In this document: positions 26,881-33,978 of the stretch, piece by piece
Layout of the letters: every line of letters starts with the position of its first letter
Position numbering within the stretch: the first letter of the stretch is position 1
From: an uncultured Actinomycetota bacterium
GTDB taxonomy: Bacteria; Actinomycetota; Actinomycetes; Propionibacteriales; Nocardioidaceae
Assembly: GCA_963782075.1 (NCBI GenBank)
Contig: CAWAIJ010000010.1
Span: forward strand, 62,526 to 126,525
DNA: 64,000 nucleotides
Reading direction: 5' to 3'
The notes under the pieces: model-generated
The model's input: the letters and a program-made list of their open reading frames with translations, nothing else
Databases searched by the model: none
Told to the model about the DNA's origin: nothing
Position numbers and translations under genes: made by a program

Positions 26881-28359
26881 ATGCCCTCTCGGATCGGTCG
26901 CTACGCCGTGCGCCGGCGCATCGGTTCCGGCGGTTTCGCCACCGTCTGGCTCGCCTACGACGAGCAGCTGGATTCGCCTGTCGCGGTGAAGGTGCTGGCC
27001 GAGAACTGGACCGAGGACCACCACGTCCGGCAGCGGTTCCTCGAGGAGGGGCGCTTCCTGCGCAAGGTCGAGTCGCCCCACGTCGTCTCCGTCTACGACG
27101 CCGGTGAGCTCGACGACGGGCGGCCCTACCTGGTGATGTCGTACGCCGACCAGGGCACCCTCGCCGACCGGCTGGAGATCGACGGGCTGACTCCCACCCA
27201 GGCGCTGGAGGTGGTGCGCCAGATCGGGCTCGGGCTGACCGCCCTCCACGAGCGCGGCGTGCTCCACCGCGACGTCAAGCCGGCCAACGTGCTGTTCCGC
27301 ACGATCGAGTCGCGCGACGGGGAGCCGCAGGTGCGGGCGATGCTGGCCGACCTCGGTCTCGGCAAGGCCTTCGACGTCTCGTCGCGGCTGACCATGATCG
27401 CCGGCACCCCCTCCTTCGTCGCACCCGAGCAGGCGCAGGGGGAGCGGCTCGACCCGCGCGCCGACCTCTACGCGCTGGGCGCGCTGACCCACCTGCTGCT
27501 GACCGGCCAGGCGCCGTTCCGGCACGCCTCGCTCTCCGCGGCCGCCCAGCCCGGCCCGCCACCGGAGCTCGCGGCCGAGGGCCGGACGTTCGGCGCGGAC
27601 GTCGTGGCCGCGGTCCGGCAGGCCCTCGAACCGGACCGCGACGACCGCTGGCCCGACGTGGCGACGTACGTCGGCGCGCTCACCACCGCCCTGGGCGCGT
27701 CGGTCGACGGCGACCGCGGCCCACTCCCCGAACCGTGGCTGCCGCTCGACCCGAACCTGACCCAGCCCGGACCGCGACCCAGCTCGTTCGGTCCCGAGGG
27801 GGATCTTCCCGATCCGGTGCCCCCGCGGCGCTCCCGGACCCGGAGCCGGATCCTGCTCGGTGGCGCCGCTGTGCTCGCGCTGCTCGTCGGTGCGGGAGGC
27901 GGATACGCAGCGCAGCGCACGCAGCAGGAGCCGGTGACGCTCCGCGACTCCACCGGCTCCCTGGTCGCGACCGTTCCGCACTCCTGGACCGCCGCGGTGG
28001 CGAGGGGACAGTGGACCCCTCCGGAGCAGGAGGAGGAGCTGCCCGCGCTGTCGGCCGGGACCTCCGAGGACTGGGTCAGCGCCGCGGAGGGTGAGGGAGT
28101 GTTCATCGGGGTGATCGCGTCCGACGACATGCCCGAGCAGCTCCCCGGTCACGACGGGTGCGAGAGCGTGCTCGTCCCGGTGAGCGACGTCGACGGCGGC
28201 GACCCGGTGCTGACCCAGGTGTCGACCGGGTGCCCGGGCGTGATCGTGGAGCGGGTGCGACAGGTCTCGGTGGGCCGCTACCTGTGGGTGCAGGTCCGCA
28301 GCCTGGACCGGGTGACCGCCTACGGCGTCCTGGACGACGTCGCCGCGCCGGGATTCTGA
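26881..28359 (+). CDS. Hanks-type Ser/Thr protein kinase with a TM segment and an extracytoplasmic domain
   Basis: IGSGGFATVWLA, VAVK, HRDVKPANVLF, DLGLGK, TPSFVAPEQ. TM segment: ILLGGAAVLALLVGAGGGYAA. The roughly 150-aa C-terminal domain contains two Cys. The start is the ATG at 26881, inside track ORF 26803..28359. Confidence 0.9.
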   Translation: MPSRIGRYAVRRRIGSGGFATVWLAYDEQLDSPVAVKVLAENWTEDHHVRQRFLEEGRFLRKVESPHVVSVYDAGELDDGRPYLVMSYADQGTLADRLEIDGLTPTQALEVVRQIGLGLTALHERGVLHRDVKPANVLFRTIESRDGEPQVRAMLADLGLGKAFDVSSRLTMIAGTPSFVAPEQAQGERLDPRADLYALGALTHLLLTGQAPFRHASLSAAAQPGPPPELAAEGRTFGADVVAAVRQALEPDRDDRWPDVATYVGALTTALGASVDGDRGPLPEPWLPLDPNLTQPGPRPSSFGPEGDLPDPVPPRRSRTRSRILLGGAAVLALLVGAGGGYAAQRTQQEPVTLRDSTGSLVATVPHSWTAAVARGQWTPPEQEEELPALSAGTSEDWVSAAEGEGVFIGVIASDDMPEQLPGHDGCESVLVPVSDVDGGDPVLTQVSTGCPGVIVERVRQVSVGRYLWVQVRSLDRVTAYGVLDDVAAPGF

Positions 28360-29024
28360 TCTCCCTTCGTGGGCAGCGGCTGGGGGCGCACCTCCTGGTC
28401 GATCTTCGCCACCAGCGCCTCGAGTCCCGACTCGTCGATCAGCCGGCCGGTCGCCGCGATCTCGAGGTCGACCAGGCCCCCGCTGAAGCTCACCCAGCGG
28501 ATGACCGTCAGCCGCCGGTAGCCCTGGAAGATGAAGCTCGCCTTGAGGGTGTCGAAGGACTTCCCCAGGACCCGCAGGTCCGACACCAGGTCGTCGCGGC
28601 GCAGCTCCGCGGGGCGGACGCCGACCTTCTGGCTGACGGTCCGGTTCTCGTCGAGGAGCTGGACCCGGAAGGTGTAGCCGCCCGCCGGGCCGTCGGGCAG
28701 CCGCCACGTGGCCTGCCGCCCGTCGGGGAACGTGGTCCTGACCCAGCCGTTCGGGACGGGCAGGATCACCCCGCCCTTCCGGGGGGTTCCCAGCTGCTCG
28801 TCGTGAGTGGCCAGGGTCTCCGACAGCGCGTCGAGTTCCGGGTCGGGCTTGGTCTTCTCGGGCGGCGTGAACGGGATCGCCGGGTCTGCGGCGGCCACCG
28901 GCGACGGGGCGGCCTCGGAGATGCTGGGGTGGTCGCGCTGCTCGGCGTACGACCAGCCGGCCGCTCCACCCACCACCAAGGTGAGGAGCAGCAGTACGGT
29001 CCCCCGAACGCCCACGGAGGACAC
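28320..29024 (-). CDS. Hypothetical membrane-anchored extracytoplasmic protein
   Basis: N-terminal anchor GTVLLLLTLVVGGAAGW followed by a Pro-rich linker and a roughly 170-aa domain. I recognised no family. Its 3' end overlaps the convergent kinase gene by 40 nt. The start (GTG at 29024 or 29015) is uncertain. Confidence 0.5.
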   Translation of the reverse strand: MSSVGVRGTVLLLLTLVVGGAAGWSYAEQRDHPSISEAAPSPVAAADPAIPFTPPEKTKPDPELDALSETLATHDEQLGTPRKGGVILPVPNGWVRTTFPDGRQATWRLPDGPAGGYTFRVQLLDENRTVSQKVGVRPAELRRDDLVSDLRVLGKSFDTLKASFIFQGYRRLTVIRWVSFSGGLVDLEIAATGRLIDESGLEALVAKIDQEVRPQPLPTKGDQNPGAATSSRTP

Positions 29025-29054
29025 GGTAGACCCACCCTGTGGTTGGCTGGCGCC

Positions 29055-30743
29055 ATGACCACGTCCACTCCGGCAGACCTCCTCTCCCAGCACCGTGACC
29101 GACTCGATGCGGCGGTCGCCGCGAGCGCCTCACGCGGCTACTACTCGGCCTTCGACGAGTCCCCGTCGCCGCGCGTCTACGGCGAGAACGCCGCGGCTGA
29201 GGGCAAGGCCGCGTACGAGGCGTGGCTGGGCGGCGACTTCCCGCTCTCGACCCCGGGCAGCGACGGCACCGTCGCGACCGAGCGCTCGCCGTTCGGGATC
29301 GACCTGGGGGTCCGCTATCCGCGGGTCCACTCCTCCGACGAGTCGATCGATGCCCTGCTGGCCGGCGCCGAGGCGGGCAAGCGTGCCTGGCGCGACGCCG
29401 GGCCGGAGGGACGCACCGGTGTCTGCCTGGAGATCCTCGACCGGCTGCACGGCCGGGTCTTCGAGCTCGCCAACGCCGTCCAGCACACCAGCGGGCAGGC
29501 GTTCGTGATGGCGTTCCAGGCCGGCGGCGCCCACGCGCTGGACCGCGCCCTGGAGGCGATCGCCTACGCCTGGGTCGAGATGACCCGGACGCCCGCGACC
29601 GCCCGCTGGGAGAAGCCGGGCAAGCACCCCCTGGTCATGGAGAAGACGTTCACCGTCGTCCCGCGCGGCGTCGCGCTGGTCATCGGCTGCAACACGTTCC
29701 CCACGTGGAACTCCTGGCCCGGGCTGTTCGCCTCGCTCGTGACCGGCAACCCGGTCGTCGTGAAGCCCCACCCGGCCGCGGTGCTGCCCCTGGCGATCAC
29801 CGTGCAGGCCTGCCAGGAGGTGCTGGCCGAGCAGGGGTTCGACCCGAACCTGATCACCCTCGCCGCCGAGGACCCGGCGGACCGGGTGGCCGGCGTGCTC
29901 GCCGTACGTCCCGAGGTGAAGCTGATCGACTTCACCGGCGGCAACGCCTTCGGCGACTGGTTGGAGGACAACGCCCGGCAGGCGACGGTCTTCACCGAGA
30001 AGGCCGGCGTCAACACCGTCGTCGTCGACTCGACGAGTGACTTCAAGGCCATGTGCCAGAACCTGGCCTTCTCCTTCGCGCTCTACACCGGCCAGATGTG
30101 CACCGCCCCGCAGAACGTCTACCTGCCGGCCGACGGCATCGAGACCGACGACGGCCGCAAGACCCCGGCCGAGGTCGGCGAGGGCATCGGCGCGGCGCTC
30201 GACCGGATGCTCGGCGACGACGCCCGCGCGGTGGAGCTGCTCGGCGGCGTGGTGAACGAGGGCGTGCTCGAGCGGCTCGACGCGTCCGGGTCCCGCGGCG
30301 ACGTGCTGGTCGCGTCGCGCACGGTCACCCACCCGTCGTACGCCGACGCCACCGTGCGTACGCCGACGCTGGTGGCGCTCACGGCCGGTGACGACGCCGA
30401 CGTCTACGAGACCGAGTGCTTCGGACCGGTCGCCTACCTGATCTCCACGCCGGCAACGACTGCGTCGATCGAGCTGTTCCGCGACACCGTGCAGCGCCAC
30501 GGCGCGATGACGGCGGCGGTCTACTCGACCTCCGACACCGTCATCGACGACATGCGCGAGGCCGCCCTCGACGCCGGCGTCGCACTGTCGGAGAACCTGC
30601 TCGGCGGCGTCTTCGTCAACCAGTCCGCGGCCTACTCCGACTTCCACGGCACCGGCGCCAACCCGGCGGCCAACGCGTCCTACACCGACGGCGCCTACGT
30701 GGCGTCCCGGTTCCGGATCGTGCAGTCACGCCGCCACGTGTGA
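29055..30743 (+). CDS. PaaN-type (phenylacetic acid degradation) aldehyde dehydrogenase family protein
   Basis: 562 aa. N-terminus: SQHRDRLDAAVAASASRGYYSAFDESPSPRVYGE. ALDH core: FTGGNAFGDWLE, FTEKAGVNTVVV, catalytic YTGQMCTAPQNVY, ECFGPV. The start is the ATG at 29055, inside track ORF 28158..30743. Confidence 0.75.
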   Translation: MTTSTPADLLSQHRDRLDAAVAASASRGYYSAFDESPSPRVYGENAAAEGKAAYEAWLGGDFPLSTPGSDGTVATERSPFGIDLGVRYPRVHSSDESIDALLAGAEAGKRAWRDAGPEGRTGVCLEILDRLHGRVFELANAVQHTSGQAFVMAFQAGGAHALDRALEAIAYAWVEMTRTPATARWEKPGKHPLVMEKTFTVVPRGVALVIGCNTFPTWNSWPGLFASLVTGNPVVVKPHPAAVLPLAITVQACQEVLAEQGFDPNLITLAAEDPADRVAGVLAVRPEVKLIDFTGGNAFGDWLEDNARQATVFTEKAGVNTVVVDSTSDFKAMCQNLAFSFALYTGQMCTAPQNVYLPADGIETDDGRKTPAEVGEGIGAALDRMLGDDARAVELLGGVVNEGVLERLDASGSRGDVLVASRTVTHPSYADATVRTPTLVALTAGDDADVYETECFGPVAYLISTPATTASIELFRDTVQRHGAMTAAVYSTSDTVIDDMREAALDAGVALSENLLGGVFVNQSAAYSDFHGTGANPAANASYTDGAYVASRFRIVQSRRHV

Positions 30744-30761
30744 CGGCGGGTTGCGCGTCGC

Positions 30762-31166
30762 TCAGACCGTGAGCAGACCGATCCCCAACGTCGTCAGGCT
30801 GACAGCGAGCAGGGCCGCGCCGGCGAACACCAGCGCGATCAACCGGTTGGGTTGCGTGCGCCCGGCGCCCATCGACGCGAAGAAGAAGCCGCCGGGCATC
30901 AGGAGCGCCGCGGCGGCGACGCCCGATCGGGCGAACCAACCGAGTGGGCCGTCCAGCCCGGTGGCGTCGACGTAGGGCTGGCAGATCAGTGCGAGCAGCA
31001 GCAGTACCGCGGCGTGGGCATGACCGGCGCGGGCGAACTTCTCCTGGAACGGGGTGACGTCGGCCCTGCCGCGCACGACCTTCAGCAGGTAGAGGCCACC
31101 GGTCTCCACCGTGACCAGGGCGAGCAGCAGGATCCCGGCCAGGGCCACGGACTCGTCGGACAACAT
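30762..31166 (-). CDS. Small 4-TM membrane protein (hypothetical)
   Basis: MLSDESVALAGILLLALVTVETGG... with four hydrophobic segments. Divergent from the MerR regulator. Confidence 0.55.
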   Translation of the reverse strand: MLSDESVALAGILLLALVTVETGGLYLLKVVRGRADVTPFQEKFARAGHAHAAVLLLLALICQPYVDATGLDGPLGWFARSGVAAAALLMPGGFFFASMGAGRTQPNRLIALVFAGAALLAVSLTTLGIGLLTV

Positions 31167-31190
31167 CTGAACTCCTAGTGGGTAGCAAAC

Positions 31191-31206
31191 TATCCATAAG
31201 TGGATA
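31191..31206. promoter_or_regulatory. Perfect palindrome TATCCA-TAAG-TGGATA in an AT-rich divergent promoter region, candidate MerR operator
   Basis: Read directly in the sequence. It is flanked by the direct repeat AACTATCCA (31188.. and 31210..). A TTGACA hexamer lies on the minus strand (plus-strand tgtcaa at 31222..31227). Confidence 0.5.
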
Positions 31207-31236
31207 CCCAACTATCCAATATGTCAAGATGTCTTC

Positions 31237-31845
31237 ATGTGGCTGGGTGAGCTGTCGACCTGCAGCGGGGTGCCGATCCCCACGATCAAGTACTACCTGC
31301 GCGAGGCGCTGCTGCCTCGTGGGGACGGTTCCGGCCCCGCGCGGGCGTCGTACGACGAGCGCCACCTGGACCGGCTCCGGCTGATCCGGGCGCTGGTCGG
31401 TGTGGGTGGCATGCCGATCGCTCGGGTCCGGGAGGTCCTGGCCGCCGTGGACGACGAGTCGGTGTCGGTCGCAGCGGCCATGGGCTCCGCCCACCTCCAG
31501 CTCTCGGAGGACACAGCTCCTTCGGCCGGCTCGCAGGCCAGGGTCGACTCAGCGGTGACGAGCCGTCGCTGGCGGGTCGAGACCGATGGCCGTCACGGCC
31601 GTGCCGTGGCCGCCGCTCTCGATGCGATGGAGGCAGCCGGGTCGCCGATGACCGACGCCACCTTGGCGGTCTACGTCGATGCCGCCGACACGATCGGCCG
31701 CGCCGACCTGGCGGGAATGACGGACCTCAGTCGAGCTCGCGCCGTCGAGCGGGCCGTCGCCGGAACGGTGCTCGGAGAGCCGGTGTTGCTTGCCCTCCGG
31801 CGGCTCTCGCACGAGAACCAGGCGCGTCGGCGCACCCGCCGATGA
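31237..31845 (+). CDS. MerR-family transcriptional regulator
   Basis: MWLGELSTCSGVPIPTIKYYLREALLP...YDERHLDRLRLIRAL is the MerR HTH signature. Confidence 0.9.
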   Translation: MWLGELSTCSGVPIPTIKYYLREALLPRGDGSGPARASYDERHLDRLRLIRALVGVGGMPIARVREVLAAVDDESVSVAAAMGSAHLQLSEDTAPSAGSQARVDSAVTSRRWRVETDGRHGRAVAAALDAMEAAGSPMTDATLAVYVDAADTIGRADLAGMTDLSRARAVERAVAGTVLGEPVLLALRRLSHENQARRRTRR

Positions 31846-31876
31846 CCCCCTGTCGCGCCTCTCCTACCGTGGCATC

Positions 31877-33361
31877 ATGACGAGCTTCCTCCTCCGCAAC
31901 GCTCGTCTGGCCGACCTCGACGGCAGCGGTACGCCGGACGCCCCGGTCGACGTCCGGGTGACCGACGGCCTCGTCACCGAGGTCGCGCACGGTCTGGCCG
32001 CGGACGGGGTCGAGGAGGTCGACGCCGAGGGGCGGTGGTTGATGCCCGGCCTCTGGGACCAGCACGTCCACCTCACCCAGTGGAGCCTGTCGAGCTCGCG
32101 GCTCGACCTCACCGGCGTGCGGTCGGTGGAGCAGGCTCTGGTGGCGGTGCGGGAGCGGCTCGAGACCCGGCCCGACCAGTCGATCGTCGGCTGGGGACAC
32201 CGGCCGACCGACTGGCCGATCGAGCCGGTCGTCTCGATGCTGGACGAGCTCGACACCGACCAGCCGATCGTGCTGATCGCCGGCGACGGCCACCACGCCT
32301 GGCTCAACAGCGTCGCCCTGATGACCCTCGCCATCCCGCTGCGCGAGGGGATGGTGGCCGAGGGCGAGTGGTTCGCGGTCTATCCCCGCCTGATGGCGGT
32401 CCTCGGCGACGACGGCACCGGCCCCGACGCGCTCCTCCGCACCCAGCAGGAGGCCGCGACGCTGGGAATCGTCGGCATCACCGACTTCGAGTTCAGCGGC
32501 GGCCCCGAGCAGTGGACCACCCGCTGGGAGGCCGGCGGTGACTTGCTCCGGGTCCGGGCGGCGACGTACGCCGACGGGCTGGACGCCGTCATCGAGCGCG
32601 GCCTGCGCACCGGCGACGTACTGCCCGGCTGCGACGACCGGGCCCGGATGGGTCCGCTGAAGATCATCAGCGACGGCTCGCTCAACACCCGCACCGCCTG
32701 GTGCTGCGAGCCCTACGCCGGCCCGTCCCCGCTCGGGTTCCCGCACGGCCAGCCCAACCAGACCCCCGAGGAGCTGCGGCACCTGCTGCGCCGCGCCACC
32801 GAGAACGGTCTCGAGGTCGCCGTGCACGCGATCGGCGACCGGGCCGTCGGCGAGGCACTCGACGCCATCGCCGAGGTCGGTGCGCGGGGCTCGATCGAGC
32901 ACGCGCAGCTGGTGCGCCGCGAGGACCTTCGCCGGATGGCGGACCTCGGCGTGGTGGCCAGCGTGCAGCCGGCGCACCTGGTCGACGACCGCGACGTCTG
33001 CGACCGGCTGTGGCCGGGCCAGGGCGATCGCAGCTTCGCGTTCCGCTGGATGCTCGACGACGGGGTCCGGCTCGCGCTGGGCTCCGACGCCCCGGTCGCC
33101 AGCCTCGATCCGTGGCTGGCCGTGATGGCGGCGGCACATCGCAGCGTCGACGGCCGCGAGGCCTGGTACGCCGACCAGGCGATCACGCTCCGCGAGGCAC
33201 TGACCGCGTCGACCGACGGGTGGGGCACGGTGGCCGCGGGCCATCCCGCAGACCTGGCGCTGGTCGAGGAGGACCCGTTCGGTGACTGGTCCGAGCGGCG
33301 CCAACAGCCACAGGTCGCGGCGACCTGGGTCGGCGGACGTCAGATCCACGGGCCCGACTGA
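31877..33361 (+). CDS. Amidohydrolase-family (amidohydrolase_3, TIM-barrel metal-dependent hydrolase) protein
   Basis: PGLWDQHVHL (HxH metal motif), VAVHAIGDRAV, SIEHAQL and LGSDAPV. The start is the ATG at 31877. Confidence 0.8.
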   Translation: MTSFLLRNARLADLDGSGTPDAPVDVRVTDGLVTEVAHGLAADGVEEVDAEGRWLMPGLWDQHVHLTQWSLSSSRLDLTGVRSVEQALVAVRERLETRPDQSIVGWGHRPTDWPIEPVVSMLDELDTDQPIVLIAGDGHHAWLNSVALMTLAIPLREGMVAEGEWFAVYPRLMAVLGDDGTGPDALLRTQQEAATLGIVGITDFEFSGGPEQWTTRWEAGGDLLRVRAATYADGLDAVIERGLRTGDVLPGCDDRARMGPLKIISDGSLNTRTAWCCEPYAGPSPLGFPHGQPNQTPEELRHLLRRATENGLEVAVHAIGDRAVGEALDAIAEVGARGSIEHAQLVRREDLRRMADLGVVASVQPAHLVDDRDVCDRLWPGQGDRSFAFRWMLDDGVRLALGSDAPVASLDPWLAVMAAAHRSVDGREAWYADQAITLREALTASTDGWGTVAAGHPADLALVEEDPFGDWSERRQQPQVAATWVGGRQIHGPD

Positions 33362-33400
33362 TGGGTTTGACTGACGCCCGAGCGGGGTAGCCTCCGCGAC

Positions 33401-33694
33401 GTGGATGAGCAGCTGATCGCACCGCCCGTGATCTACCTCCCCGTCGAGACCGACGCCGACGGCCAGGTGGCCGACATCAAGATGATCAAGTTGGGCGACG
33501 GCCGGGTGGCCCTGCTGGGCTACACCGCCCTCGACCGGTTCATCGACGCCTGGGGCGAGCACCAGCCGTGGCTGCTCCTCGAGAGCAACCGCCTCGCCGA
33601 GGTCCACGAGGCGAAGCCCTACGACCTGAAGCTGCTCGACGTCGCCGTGCCCGAGGAGTTCCGGCCCGGTCCGCCGCGGGAGGTGCCGGCGTGA
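33401..33694 (+). CDS. Small SseB-like / SAV_915-like protein, the first gene of the toxin module
   Basis: 97 aa. ...VIYLPVETDADGQ...GDGRVALLGYTALDRFIDAWGEHQPWLLLESNRLAEV resembles the SseB N-terminal fold pattern (x-L-x-x-F/Y-T-x-x-x-x-L). GTG start. Its stop overlaps the next gene's start (GTGA). Confidence 0.5.
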   Translation: MDEQLIAPPVIYLPVETDADGQVADIKMIKLGDGRVALLGYTALDRFIDAWGEHQPWLLLESNRLAEVHEAKPYDLKLLDVAVPEEFRPGPPREVPA

Positions 33695-33978
33695 CGCTGC
33701 GACTCGACGCGGGAGCCGCGGCCCGGATCGCCGGCGGCCACGACGACGCGGCCTCGACGATCGACGGCTCGGCCGGTAGCGCGCCCGGAACCGTCGACGC
33801 CGGCTACGGCTCGGCGTACGTCACCGACATCCTGGCCGCCGTCACCGAGACTGCCGGCGAGATCGCCGCGATCAACGTCGGGATCGCCGCGCTGGTGCGC
33901 GACGTCGCCGACTCACTCGGGCGCACCGAGGACGAGATCGCGCGCGAGTTCGACTCGATGGCGAGGGTCGGCGAATGA
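33691..33978 (+). CDS. Small helical protein resembling EspC/DUF2580 'type VII secretion target' proteins
   Basis: 95 aa. VTLRLDAGAAARIAGGHDDAASTIDG...AGEIAAINVGIAALVRDVADSLGRTEDEIAREFDS has the size, helical Ala-rich character and 'L-x-(V/L)-D-x-x-A-(L/A)-x-x-x-A' opening typical of that family. It is coupled to both neighbours. Confidence 0.45.
   Translation: MTLRLDAGAAARIAGGHDDAASTIDGSAGSAPGTVDAGYGSAYVTDILAAVTETAGEIAAINVGIAALVRDVADSLGRTEDEIAREFDSMARVGE

Noticed and set aside
26259-26882. The N-terminal 208 codons of the 695-aa ORF 24795..26882, which could suggest a sigma-overlapping giant peptidase
   Set aside because: This part overlaps the well-supported ECF sigma gene in another frame and is Arg/Pro-rich. 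A GTG followed by a textbook lipoprotein signal peptide (LLLAGC) occurs right after the sigma stop.
28320-28359. The 40-nt convergent overlap of the kinase and the hypothetical gene as a sign of a mis-called gene
   Set aside because: The kinase frame is certain. The hypothetical protein has a clear N-terminal anchor and non-shadow composition (it contains K, F, I and W). I kept both calls and lowered confidence for the hypothetical protein and its C-terminal end.
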